This document shows, piece after piece, positions 38,351 to 52,800 of a stretch of 64,000 nucleotides of DNA. A program made the position numbers and the translations under genes. Positions within the stretch are counted from its first letter, which is position 1. The number at the start of each line of letters is the position of its first letter. The notes beneath the pieces were generated by a model. The model ran no database searches. It had not been told where the DNA came from and saw only the letters and a list, made by a program, of their open reading frames with translations. Source of the stretch: Eledone cirrhosa (lineage: Eukaryota); contig OZ024742.1 in NCBI GenBank assembly GCA_964016885.1, forward strand, positions 107,260,001 through 107,324,000, written 5' to 3'.

Positions 38351-38824
38351 CACGTGGTGTGTGTTATGAAGGGCATCCAGCTGTAGAAAACCAAGCCAAA
38401 ATGGATTGTATGATCAATACATGGTCACCTGATGTGTCCAGCCTCATACAGACAGAAAATAGATATTAAATATTAATTATATAATGAAAATGTATTGAAT
38501 GTAGGTTTATTATCATAATAAACCTACATTCAGTTCATTTTCATTGTATAATAATTGTGATATGATATGTAGCTTTAAAAACTGTTTTACCAACAATATA
38601 TCAAGCTTTTTTCTAATCATAGCCTGCTTATTCCAAGAGTTGTTGGAAATGTAATGTTTCAGAATATTCCCAATGATGAGCTTGGATGCCTCTAATGATT
38701 ATGTTTCTCTTAGCCATTCATGAAAATTCTTCTACTCAACATAGGCTGCAATTTTTTAAGAATGTGTTTATGTATATTTTATCCTTTTACTGGTTTCAGT
38801 CATCAAACTGCAGCCATGCTGGAG

Positions 38825-39060
38825 CTTCTTCTTCTTACTCTTGCTCAATGGGTCTGGGGTAATCCTAGGTCAGCAATCCATGAGGCGTCATCATGTGTAG
38901 AGCTGACTATGTTCATCAGTGCCCTCCATCGCTGTCGGTTTCATGCCAGTCCCTCTGCATCATCCAAGGTGTTAAGCCTCTGGAAATCTTCCTTAATCAC
39001 ATCCAGCCATGTTGTCGATGGTCCTCAGGGCTCTGCTATCAAAGCCATTAACTCTCTTTG
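38825..39060 (-). mobile_element. RTE-like LINE 3' end with (AAG)n tail
   Basis: GPSTTWLDVIKEDFQRLNTLDDAEGLA*NRQRWRALMNI on the minus strand. Confidence 0.7.
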
Positions 39061-39407
39061 CTAGGGGTCACCTTTCTCATGAGGGGTCACCTTTCTGCGC
39101 CTAATTAATTTAGTTGATCATATAGCGGATCAATACAATAAAGGCTCAGAGAAAAAAAACATTGCATACAAGTACATTTAGCCCCCACAATAATACACCT
39201 CTCTCTCCTAACACGATGATATATATATGCCTTGAACTCTTAAATTCTTTGGTTTGTAAACAAATTGTAACTATATAATGGCTCTGCACGATCCTATAAT
39301 TGCTTTGAGCTAAAAAACACTTAGTAAATGAGTAAAATTTACTCCCATTAACATTACTATATATATATATATATATATAGCTGCTTATATTTTCTGTTTA
39401 TCCCTAG

Positions 39408-39476
39408 GTACTTGATGCACACAATAATTCTATTAAACATCTACCAGAAAATATTGATCAAATGCGCAGTTTGCAG
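39408..39476 (+). CDS. LRSAM1: LRSAM1-like coding exon 5 (69 nt, 23-aa LRR); gene presumably continues beyond the window
   Basis: tatccctag|GTA...CAG|gtaaat; VLDAHNNSIKHLPENIDQMRSLQ vs recalled [23 protein letters not shown]. Confidence 0.9.
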
Positions 39477-39999
39477 GTAAATATGAATTTTTCTATTGTT
39501 TTTTCAATGAATTTGAAGGTTTAGATTGCAATATTTCTTATGCTCTTGTTTAATCCCAGGTCAATCCTCATCAAGCAGGCCTGTGATTGAAAATATTCCA
39601 ACTGTGATTATCCCATCATTTTAGGGATATTTAGGACTACATTATCTCTGAAATGTGTCCTATTTTTTAATATGGTAGGACATAATTTGGGGGAGATTTG
39701 GGTACTCTTTCTAGCATGTTGAACAACTTCATTTATAGTAATAGTGTGATGAAGGTAATTTACAAAATTGGCTTTGTGCCTTGTGAGAAATATGTTTTTT
39801 TCATAAACTGAATTGCACACAAGATACACACAAATAGCTTAGTAAGTAAAGCTCATAGTCCTTTATAAGAAGGTATATTTAGCATTATTCTAAAATAATT
39901 TTGATGTTAGTCCAAAAACATAATTGAGTTTCGACTGCTTCTGTGTGGCCACAACCATGCATACCCTCTCTCATTCAGATTGCACCTTGATGTCATAAT

Positions 40000-40350
40000 G
40001 AAGAAGGGCTGGTGTCACGATAAAATGCACCCAGCCCATCTTGTAAAGTGGTGGTGTAGGTGCCATGAAAAAAAGCTCCCAATTTACATTATAAAGCAGG
40101 AGTTCTAGTGCCACAATGAAACACACCTAGTCAATCCTACAAGGTGGTAGTGCTGGAGTCACAATAAAATGCTCCCAGTACTCTCTATAAAGCAGTTGAC
40201 ATTAGGAAGTGCATTCAGTTGTAAAAACCAAGCCAAGAACAGTGTGTATGAGCAAAATATGGACATCTGACTTGTCTAGCTTCAGAACGTGACATCTCAT
40301 CTAACCCATGCAAGGATGGAAAATAGACATTAAATTGGGATGATGATGTG
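40000..40350 (+). mobile_element. Retroposon 3' module with 4 diverged units of about 48 bp and (TGA)n tail
   Basis: Same unit and tail as 5385-5745. Confidence 0.8.
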
Positions 40351-40821
40351 TAATCATTATCTAGATTAAATCATCTGGTTATGTAGACTTCGCAAGTAGT
40401 TTTTTAGGAAAATTATGCAAGGCATAGGCATAGTTGTGTGGATAAGGTTCAGTCCCATTGTATGGCACCTTGTAGCATCAGGTCGACCAATGCCATGTGA
40501 GTGAAATTTAGTAGACAGGAACTATGTGGAAGCTCAATATATATATATATGTGTGTGTCTATTCATTTTTTACTGTTTGTTTATGTCCTGTAACTTAGCA
40601 GTTCAACAAAAAGAGATCAATAAAATAAATATCAAACTTGAAAGAGAAAGTATTGGGATCAATGTTATCAATTGAATTCCTTTAATGGTCACTGTTTAAT
40701 GACTGGAACAAGTATAAGAATAATACACCGTAGAGCAAAGATATTATTCACAATATTTAGTCTTCTTCTAAAAAAGGAAAGTAAAGGTGTCAATTAAACC
40801 AAGCAATCGCTGTTTCCATTG

Positions 40822-43800
40822 GTCTTTCCATTTCTGATACTATCTGTCAGTCTTTCCATTTTTGATACTAACTGTTAGTCTTTCCATTTTTGATACTATT
40901 TGTCAGTCTTTCCATTTCTGATACTATCTGTCAGTCTTTCCATTTCTGATACTATTTGTCAGTCTTTCCATTTCTGATACTATTTGTCAGTCTTTCCATT
41001 TCTGATACTATCTGTCAGTCTTTCCATTTCTGATACTATTTGTCAGTCTTTCCATTTCTGATACTATCTGTCAGTCTTTCCATTTCTGATATTATTTGTC
41101 AGTCTTTCCATTTCTGATACTATTTGTCAGTCTTTCCATTTCTGATACTATTTGTCAGTCTTTCCATTTCTGATACTATTTGTCAGTCTTTCCATTTCTG
41201 ATACTATTTGTCAGTCTTTCCATTTTTGATACTATTTGTCAGTCTTTCCATTTCTGATACTATTTGTCAGTCTTTCCATTTCTGATATTATTTGTCAGTC
41301 TTTCCATTTCTGATATTATTTGTCAGTCTTTCCATTTCTGATACCATCTGTCAGTCTTTCCATTTCTGATACTATTTGTCAGTCTTTCCATTTCTGATAC
41401 TATTTGTCAGTCTTTCCATTTCTGATACTATTTGTCAGTCTTTCCATTTCTGATACTATTTGTCAGTCTTTCTATTTCTGATACTATTTGTCAGTCTTTC
41501 CATTTTTGATACTATTTGTCAGTCTTTCCATTTCTGATACTATTTGTCAGTCTTTCCATTTCTGATATTATTTGTCAGTCTTTCCATTTCTGATATTATT
41601 TGTCAGTCTTTCCATTTCTGATACCATCTGTCAGTCTTTCCATTTCTGATACTATTTGTCAGTCTTTCCATTTCTGATACTATTTGTCAGTCTTTCCATT
41701 TCTGATACTATTTGTCAGTCTTTCCATTTCTGATACTATCTGTCAGTCTTTCCATTTCTGATATTATTTGTCAGTCTTTCCATTTCTGATACTATCTGTC
41801 AGTCTTTCCATTTCTGATACTATTTGTCAGTCTTTCCATTTCTGATACTATTTGTCAGTCTTTCCATTTCTGATACTATTTGTCAGTCTTTCCATTTCTG
41901 ATACTATTTGTCAGTCTTTCCATTTTTGATACTATTTGTCAGTCTTTCCATTTCTGATACTATTTGTCAGTCTTTCTATTTCTGATACTATTTGTCAGTC
42001 TTTCCATTTCTGATACTATCTGTCAGTCTTTCTATTTCTGATACTATCTGTCAGTCTTTCCATTTCTGATACTATCTGTCAGTCTTTCCATTTCTGATAC
42101 TATTTGTCAGTCTTTCCATTTCTGATACTATTTGTCAGTCTTTCCATTTCTGATACTATTTGTCAGTCTTTCCATTTCTGATACTATTTGTCAGTCTTTC
42201 CATTTCTGATACTATTTGTCAGTCTTTCCATTTTTGATACTATTTGTCAGTCTTTCCATTTCTGATACTATTTGTCAGTCTTTCCATTTTTGATACTTTT
42301 TGTCAGTCTTTCCATTTCTGATACCATCTGTCAGTCTTTCCATTTCTGATACTATTTGTCAGTCTTTCCATTTCTGATACTATCTGTCAGTCTTTCTATT
42401 TCTGATACTATCTGTCAGTCTTTCCATTTCTGATATTATTTGACAGTCTTTCCATTTCTGATATTATTTGTCAGTCTTTCCATTTCTGATACTATCTGTC
42501 AGTCTTTCCATTTCTGATACTATTTGTCAGTCTTTCCATTTCTGATACTATTTGTCAGTCTTTCCATTTTTGATACTATTTGTCAGTCTTTCCATTTCTG
42601 ATATTATTTGTCAGTCTTTCCATTTCTGATACTATTTGTCAGTCTTTCCATTTTTGATACTATCTGTCAGTCTTTCCATTTCTGATACTATTTGTCAGTC
42701 TTTCCATTTTTGATACTATTTGTCAGTCTTTCCATTTCTGATATTATTTGTCAGTCTTTCCATTTCTGATACTATTTGTCAGTCTTTCCATTTCTGATAC
42801 TAACTGTCAGTCTTTCCATTTCTGATACTAACTGTCAGTCTTTCCATTTCTGATACTATTTGTCAGTCTTTCCATTTTTGATACTATCTGTCAGTCTTTC
42901 CATTTCTGATACTATTTGTCAGTCTTTCCATTTCTGATACTATTTGTCAGTCTTTCCATTTCTGATACTATTTGTCAGTCTTTCCATTTCTGATACTATT
43001 TGTCAGTCTTTCCATTTTTGATACTATCTGTCAGTCTTTCCATTTCTGATACTATTTGTCAGTCTTTCCATTTCTGATACTATTTGTCAGTCTTTCCATT
43101 TCTGATACTATCTGTCAGTCTTTCTATTTCTGATACTATCTGTCAGTCTTTCCATTTCTGATACTATCTGTCAGTCTTTCCATTTCTGATACTATTTGTC
43201 AGTCTTTCCATTTCTGATACTATCTGTCAGTCTTTCCATTTCTGATACTATTTGTCAGTCTTTCCATTTTTGATACTATTTGTCAGTCTTTCCATTTCTG
43301 ATACTATTTGTCAGTCTTTCCATTTTTGATACTATTTGTCAGTCTTTCCATTTCTGATACCATCTGTCAGTCTTTCCATTTCTGATACTATTTGTCAGTC
43401 TTTCCATTTCTGATACTATCTGTCAGTCTTTCTATTTCTGATACTATCTGTCAGTCTTTCCATTTCTGATATTATTTGACAGTCTTTCCATTTCTGATAT
43501 TATTTGTCAGTCTTTCCATTTCTGATACTATCTGTCAGTCTTTCCATTTCTGATACTATTTGTCAGTCTTTCCATTTCTGATACTATTTGTCAGTCTTTC
43601 CATTTTTGATACTATTTGTCAGTCTTTCCATTTCTGATATTATTTGTCAGTCTTTCCATTTCTGATACTATTTGTCAGTCTTTCCATTTTTGATACTATC
43701 TGTCAGTCTTTCCATTTCTGATACTATTTGTCAGTCTTTCCATTTTTGATACTATTTGTCAGTCTTTCCATTTCTGATATTATTTGTCAGTCTTTCCATT

Positions 43801-46800
43801 TCTGATACTATTTGTCAGTCTTTCCATTTCTGATACTAACTGTCAGTCTTTCCATTTCTGATACTAACTGTCAGTCTTTCCATTTCTGATACTATCTGTC
43901 AGTCTTTCCATTTTTGATACTATTTGTCAGTCTTTCCATTTCTGATATTATTTGTCAGTCTTTCCATTTCTGATACTATTTGTCAGTCTTTCCATTTTTG
44001 ATACTATCTGTCAGTCTTTCCATTTCTGATACTATTTGTCAGTCTTTCCATTTTTGATACTATTTGTCAGTCTTTCCATTTCTGATATTATTTGTCAGTC
44101 TTTCCATTTCTGATACTATTTGTCAGTCTTTCCATTTCTGATACTAACTGTCAGTCTTTCCATTTCTGATACTAACTGTCAGTCTTTCCATTTCTGATAC
44201 TATTTGTCAGTCTTTCCATTTTTGATACTATTTGTCAGTCTTTCCATTTCTGATACTATCTGTCAGTCTTTCCATTTTTGATACTATCTGTCAGTCTTTC
44301 CATTTTTGATACTATCTGTCAGTCTTTCTATTTTTGATACTATCTGTCAGTCTTTCCATTTTTGATACTATCTGTCAGTCTTTCCATTTTTGATACTATT
44401 TGTCAGTCTTTCCATTGTTGATATTATTTGTCAGTCTTTCCATTTCTGATACTATCTGTCAGTCTTTCCATTTCTGATACTATTTGTCAGTCTTTCCATT
44501 TCTGATACTATCTGTCAGTCTTTCCATTTCTGATATTATTTGTCAGTCTTTCCATTTTTGATACTATTTGTCAGTCTTTCCATTTCTGATACTATTTGTC
44601 AGTCTTTCCATTTTTATACTATTTGTCAGTCTTTCCATTTCTGATATTATTTGTCAGTCTTTCCATTTTTGATACTATCTGTCAGTCTTTCTATTTCTGA
44701 TATTATTTGTCAGTCTTTCCATTTTTGATACTATTTGTCAGTCTTTCCATTTCTGATACTATTTGTCAGTCTTTCCATTTTTGATACTATCTGTCAGTCT
44801 TTCCATTTCTGATACTATTTGTCAGTCTTTCCATTTCTGATACTATTTGTCAGTCTTTCCATTTCTGATACCATCTGTCAGTCTTTCCATTTCTGATATT
44901 ATTTGTTAGTCTTTCCATTTCTGATACTATCTGTCAGTCTTTCCATTTCTGATATTATTTGTCAGTCTTTCCATTTCTGATACTATCTGTCAGTCTTTCC
45001 ATTTCTGATATTATTTGTCAGTCTTTCCATTTCTGATACTATCTGTCAGTCTTTCCATTTCTGATATTATTTGTCAGTCTTTCCATTTCTGATACTATCT
45101 GTCAGTCTTTCCATTTTTGATACTATTTGTCAGTCTTTCCATTTCTGATACTATTTGTCAGTCTTTCCATTTCTGATACTATCTGTCAGTCTTTCCATTT
45201 TTGATACTATTTGTCAGTCTTTCTATTTCTGATATTATTTGTCAGTCTTTCCATTTTTGATACTATCTGTCAGTCTTTCTATTTCTGATATTATTTGTCA
45301 GTCTTTCCATTTTTGATACTATTTGTCAGTCTTTCCATTTCTGATACTATTTGTCAGTCTTTCCATTTCTGATACCATCTGTCAGTCTTTCCATTTCTGA
45401 TATTATTTGTTAGTCTTTCCATTTCTGATACTATCTGTCAGTCTTTCCATTTCTGATATTATTTGTCAGTCTTTCCATTTCTGATACTATCTGTCAGTCT
45501 TTCCATTTCTGATATTATTTGTCAGTCTTTCCATTTCTGATACTATCTGTCAGTCTTTCCATTTCTGATATTATTTGTCAGTCTTTCCATTTCTGATACT
45601 ATCTGTCAGTCTTTCCATTTTTGATACTATTTGTCAGTCTTTCCATTTCTGATACTATTTGTCAGTCTTTCCATTTCTGATACTATCTGTCAGTCTTTCC
45701 ATTTTTGATACTATTTGTCAGTCTTTCTATTTCTGATATTATTTGTCAGTCTTTCCATTTTTGATACTATCTGTCAGTCTTTCTATTTCTGATATTATTT
45801 GTCAGTCTTTCCATTTTTGATACTATTTGTCAGTCTTTCCATTTCTGATACTATTTGTCAGTCTTTCCATTTTTGATACTATCTGTCAGTCTTTCCATTT
45901 CTGATACTATTTGTCAGTCTTTCCATTTCTGATACTATTTGTCAGTCTTTCCATTTCTGATACCATCTGTCAGTCTTTCCATTTCTGATATTATTTGTTA
46001 GTCTTTCCATTTCTGATACTATCTGTCAGTCTTTCCATTTCTGATATTATTTGTCAGTCTTTCCATTTCTGATACTATCTGTCAGTCTTTCCATTTCTGA
46101 TATTATTTGTCAGTCTTTCCATTTCTGATACTATCTGTCAGTCTTTCCATTTCTGATATTATTTGTCAGTCTTTCCATTTCTGATACTATTTGTCAGTCT
46201 TTCCATTTCTGATACTATTTGTCAGTCTTTCCATTTCTGATACCATCTGTCAGTCTTTCCATTTCTGATACTATTTGTCAGTCTTTCCATTTCTGATACC
46301 ATCTGTCAGTCTTTCCATTTCTTATACTATCTGTCAGTCTTTCCATTTCTGATATTATTTGTCAGTCTTTCCATTTCTGATACTATCTGTCAGTCTTTCC
46401 ATTTCTGATATTATTTGTCAGTCTTTCCATTTCTGATACTATCTGTCAGTCTTTCCATTTCTGATATTATTTGTCAGTCTTTCCATTTCTGATACTATTT
46501 GTCAGTCTTTCCATTTCTGATACCATCTGTCAGTCTTTCCATTTCTAATATTATTTGTTAGTCTTTCCATTTCTGATACTATCTGTCAGTCTTTCCATTT
46601 CTGATATTATTTGTCAGTCTTTCCATTTCTGATACTATCTGTCAGTCTTTCCATTTCTGATATTATTTGTCAGTCTTTCCATTTCTGATACTATCTGTCA
46701 GTCTTTCCATTTCTGATATTATTTGTCAGTCTTTCCATTTTTGATACTATCTGTCAGTCTTTCCATTCCTGATATTATTTGTCAGTCTTTCCATTTCTGA

Positions 46801-49800
46801 TACTATTTGTCAGTCTTTCCATTTCTGATATTATTTGTCAGTCTTTCCATTTCTGATACTATCTGTCAGTCTTTCCATTTTTGATACTATTTGTCAGTCT
46901 TTCCATTTCTGATACTATTTGTCAGTCTTTCCATTTCTGATACTATCTGTCAGTCTTTCTATTTCTGATACTATCTGTCAGTCTTTCCATTTCTGATACT
47001 ATCTGTCAGTCTTTCCATTTCTGATACTATTTGTCAGTCTTTCCATTTCTGATACTATCTGTCAGTCTTTCCATTTTTGATACTATTTGTCAGTCTTTCC
47101 ATTTCTGATATTATTTGTCAGTCTTTCCATTTTTGATACTATCTGTCAGTCTTTCTATTTCTGATATTATTTGTCAGTCTTTCCATTTTTGATACTATTT
47201 GTCAGTCTTTCCATTTCTGATACTATTTGTCAGTCTTTCCATTTTTCATACTATCTGTCAGTCTTTCCATTTCTGATACTATTTGTCAGTCTTTCCATTT
47301 CTGATACTATTTGTCAGTCTTTCCATTTCTGATACCATCTGTCAGTCTTTCCATTTCTGATATTATTTGTTAGTCTTTCCATTTCTGATACTATTTGTCA
47401 GTCTTTCCATTTTTGATACTATTTGTCAGTCTTTCCATTTCTGATACTATTTGTCAGTCTTTCCATTTTTGATACTATTTGTCAGTCTTTCCATTTCTGA
47501 TACCATCTGTCAGTCTTTCCATTTCTGATACTATTTGTCAGTCTTTCCATTTCTGATACTATCTGTCAGTCTTTCTATTTCTGATACTATCTGTCAGTCT
47601 TTCCATTTCTGATATTATTTGTCAGTCTTTCCATTTCTGATATTATTTGTCAGTCTTTCCATTTCTGATACTATCTGTCAGTCTTTCCATTTCTGATACT
47701 ATTTGTCAGTCTTTCCATTTCTGATACTATTTGTCAGTCTTTCCATTTTTGATACTATTTGTCAGTCTTTCCATTTCTGATATTATTTGTCAGTCTTTCC
47801 ATTTCTGATACTATTTGTCAGTCTTTCCATTTTTGTTACTATCTGTCAGTCTTTCCATTTCTGATACTATTTGTCAGTCTTTCCATTTTTGATACTATTT
47901 GTCAGTCTTTCCATTTCTGATATTATTTGTCAATCTTTCCATTTCTGATACTATTTGTCAGTCTTTCCATTTCTGATACTAACTGTCAGTCTTTCCATTT
48001 CTGATACTAACTGTCAGTCTTTCCATTTCTGATATTATTTGTCAGTCTTTCCATTTCTGATACTATCTGTCAGTCTTTCCATTTCTGATATTATTTGTCA
48101 GTCTTTCCATTTCTGATACTATTTGTCAGTCTTTCCATTTCTGATACTATTTGTCAGTCTTTCCATTTCTGATACCATCTGTCAGTCTTTCCATTTCTGA
48201 TACTATTTGTCAGTCTTTCCATTTCTGATACCATCTGTCAGTCTTTCCATTTCTTATACTATCTGTCAGTCTTTCCATTTCTGATATTATTTGTCAGTCT
48301 TTCCATTTCTGATACTATCTGTCAGTCTTTCCATTTCTGATATTATTTGTCAGTCTTTCCATTTCTGATACTATCTGTCAGTCTTTCCATTTCTGATATT
48401 ATTTGTCAGTCTTTCCATTTCTGATACTATTTGTCAGTCTTTCCATTTCTGATACTATTTGTCAGTCTTTCCATTTCTGATACTATTTGTCAGTCTTTCC
48501 ATTTCTGATACTATCTGTCAGTCTTTCCATTTCTGATATTATTTGTCAGTCTTTCCATTTCTGATACTATCTGTCAGTCTTTCCATTTCTGATACTATTT
48601 GTCAGTCTTTCCATTTCTGATACTATTTGTCAGTCTTTCCATTTCTGATACTATTTGTCAGTCTTTCCATTTCTGATACTATTTGTCAGTCTTTCCATTT
48701 TTGATACTATTTGTCAGTCTTTCCATTTCTGATACTATTTGTCAGTCTTTCTATTTCTGATACTATTTGTCAGTCTTTCCATTTCTGATACTATCTGTCA
48801 GTCTTTCTATTTCTGATACTATCTGTCAGTCTTTCCATTTCTGATACTATCTGTCAGTCTTTCCATTTCTGATACTATTTGTCAGTCTTTCCATTTCTGA
48901 TACTATTTGTCAGTCTTTCCATTTCTGATACTATTTGTCAGTCTTTCCATTTCTGATACTATTTGTCAGTCTTTCCATTTCTGATACTATTTGTCAGTCT
49001 TTCCATTTTTGATACTATTTGTCAGTCTTTCCATTTCTGATACTATTTGTCAGTCTTTCCATTTTTGATACTTTTTGTCAGTCTTTCCATTTCTGATACC
49101 ATCTGTCAGTCTTTCCATTTCTGATACTATTTGTCAGTCTTTCCATTTCTGATACTATCTGTCAGTCTTTCTATTTCTGATACTATCTGTCAGTCTTTCC
49201 ATTTCTGATATTATTTGACAGTCTTTCCATTTCTGATATTATTTGTCAGTCTTTCCATTTCTGATACTATCTGTCAGTCTTTCCATTTCTGATACTATTT
49301 GTCAGTCTTTCCATTTCTGATACTATTTGTCAGTCTTTCCATTTTTGATACTATTTGTCAGTCTTTCCATTTCTGATATTATTTGTCAGTCTTTCCATTT
49401 CTGATACTATTTGTCAGTCTTTCCATTTTTGATACTATCTGTCAGTCTTTCCATTTCTGATACTATTTGTCAGTCTTTCCATTTTTGATACTATTTGTCA
49501 GTCTTTCCATTTCTGATATTATTTGTCAGTCTTTCCATTTCTGATACTATTTGTCAGTCTTTCCATTTCTGATACTAACTGTCAGTCTTTCCATTTCTGA
49601 TACTAACTGTCAGTCTTTCCATTTCTGATACTATTTGTCAGTCTTTCCATTTTTGATACTATCTGTCAGTCTTTCCATTTCTGATACTATTTGTCAGTCT
49701 TTCCATTTCTGATACTATTTGTCAGTCTTTCCATTTCTGATACTATTTGTCAGTCTTTCCATTTCTGATACTATTTGTCAGTCTTTCCATTTTTGATACT

Positions 49801-52800
49801 ATCTGTCAGTCTTTCCATTTCTGATACTATTTGTCAGTCTTTCCATTTCTGATACTATTTGTCAGTCTTTCCATTTCTGATACTATCTGTCAGTCTTTCT
49901 ATTTCTGATACTATCTGTCAGTCTTTCCATTTCTGATACTATCTGTCAGTCTTTCCATTTCTGATACTATTTGTCAGTCTTTCCATTTCTGATACTATCT
50001 GTCAGTCTTTCCATTTCTGATACTATTTGTCAGTCTTTCCATTTTTGATACTATTTGTCAGTCTTTCCATTTCTGATACTATTTGTCAGTCTTTCCATTT
50101 TTGATACTATTTGTCAGTCTTTCCATTTCTGATACCATCTGTCAGTCTTTCCATTTCTGATACTATTTGTCAGTCTTTCCATTTCTGATACTATCTGTCA
50201 GTCTTTCTATTTCTGATACTATCTGTCAGTCTTTCCATTTCTGATATTATTTGACAGTCTTTCCATTTCTGATATTATTTGTCAGTCTTTCCATTTCTGA
50301 TACTATCTGTCAGTCTTTCCATTTCTGATACTATTTGTCAGTCTTTCCATTTCTGATACTATTTGTCAGTCTTTCCATTTTTGATACTATTTGTCAGTCT
50401 TTCCATTTCTGATATTATTTGTCAGTCTTTCCATTTCTGATACTATTTGTCAGTCTTTCCATTTTTGATACTATCTGTCAGTCTTTCCATTTCTGATACT
50501 ATTTGTCAGTCTTTCCATTTTTGATACTATTTGTCAGTCTTTCCATTTCTGATATTATTTGTCAGTCTTTCCATTTCTGATACTATTTGTCAGTCTTTCC
50601 ATTTCTGATACTAACTGTCAGTCTTTCCATTTCTGATACTAACTGTCAGTCTTTCCATTTCTGATACTATCTGTCAGTCTTTCCATTTTTGATACTATTT
50701 GTCAGTCTTTCCATTTCTGATATTATTTGTCAGTCTTTCCATTTCTGATACTATTTGTCAGTCTTTCCATTTTTGATACTATCTGTCAGTCTTTCCATTT
50801 CTGATACTATTTGTCAGTCTTTCCATTTTTGATACTATTTGTCAGTCTTTCCATTTCTGATATTATTTGTCAGTCTTTCCATTTCTGATACTATTTGTCA
50901 GTCTTTCCATTTCTGATACTAACTGTCAGTCTTTCCATTTCTGATACTAACTGTCAGTCTTTCCATTTCTGATACTATTTGTCAGTCTTTCCATTTTTGA
51001 TACTATTTGTCAGTCTTTCCATTTCTGATACTATCTGTCAGTCTTTCCATTTTTGATACTATCTGTCAGTCTTTCCATTTTTGATACTATCTGTCAGTCT
51101 TTCTATTTTTGATACTATCTGTCAGTCTTTCCATTTTTGATACTATCTGTCAGTCTTTCCATTTTTGATACTATTTGTCAGTCTTTCCATTGTTGATATT
51201 ATTTGTCAGTCTTTCCATTTCTGATACTATCTGTCAGTCTTTCCATTTCTGATACTATTTGTCAGTCTTTCCATTTCTGATACTATCTGTCAGTCTTTCC
51301 ATTTCTGATATTATTTGTCAGTCTTTCCATTTTTGATACTATTTGTCAGTCTTTCCATTTCTGATACTATTTGTCAGTCTTTCCATTTTTATACTATTTG
51401 TCAGTCTTTCCATTTCTGATATTATTTGTCAGTCTTTCCATTTTTGATACTATCTGTCAGTCTTTCTATTTCTGATATTATTTGTCAGTCTTTCCATTTT
51501 TGATACTATTTGTCAGTCTTTCCATTTCTGATACTATTTGTCAGTCTTTCCATTTTTGATACTATCTGTCAGTCTTTCCATTTCTGATACTATTTGTCAG
51601 TCTTTCCATTTCTGATACTATTTGTCAGTCTTTCCATTTCTGATACCATCTGTCAGTCTTTCCATTTCTGATATTATTTGTTAGTCTTTCCATTTCTGAT
51701 ACTATCTGTCAGTCTTTCCATTTCTGATATTATTTGTCAGTCTTTCCATTTCTGATACTATCTGTCAGTCTTTCCATTTCTGATATTATTTGTCAGTCTT
51801 TCCATTTCTGATACTATCTGTCAGTCTTTCCATTTCTGATATTATTTGTCAGTCTTTCCATTTCTGATACTATCTGTCAGTCTTTCCATTTTTGATACTA
51901 TTTGTCAGTCTTTCCATTTCTGATACTATTTGTCAGTCTTTCCATTTCTGATACTATCTGTCAGTCTTTCCATTTTTGATACTATTTGTCAGTCTTTCTA
52001 TTTCTGATATTATTTGTCAGTCTTTCCATTTTTGATACTATCTGTCAGTCTTTCTATTTCTGATATTATTTGTCAGTCTTTCCATTTTTGATACTATTTG
52101 TCAGTCTTTCCATTTCTGATACTATTTGTCAGTCTTTCCATTTCTGATACCATCTGTCAGTCTTTCCATTTCTGATATTATTTGTTAGTCTTTCCATTTC
52201 TGATACTATCTGTCAGTCTTTCCATTTCTGATATTATTTGTCAGTCTTTCCATTTCTGATACTATCTGTCAGTCTTTCCATTTCTGATATTATTTGTCAG
52301 TCTTTCCATTTCTGATACTATCTGTCAGTCTTTCCATTTCTGATATTATTTGTCAGTCTTTCCATTTCTGATACTATCTGTCAGTCTTTCCATTTTTGAT
52401 ACTATTTGTCAGTCTTTCCATTTCTGATACTATTTGTCAGTCTTTCCATTTCTGATACTATCTGTCAGTCTTTCCATTTTTGATACTATTTGTCAGTCTT
52501 TCTATTTCTGATATTATTTGTCAGTCTTTCCATTTTTGATACTATCTGTCAGTCTTTCTATTTCTGATATTATTTGTCAGTCTTTCCATTTTTGATACTA
52601 TTTGTCAGTCTTTCCATTTCTGATACTATTTGTCAGTCTTTCCATTTTTGATACTATCTGTCAGTCTTTCCATTTCTGATACTATTTGTCAGTCTTTCCA
52701 TTTCTGATACTATTTGTCAGTCTTTCCATTTCTGATACCATCTGTCAGTCTTTCCATTTCTGATATTATTTGTTAGTCTTTCCATTTCTGATACTATCTG

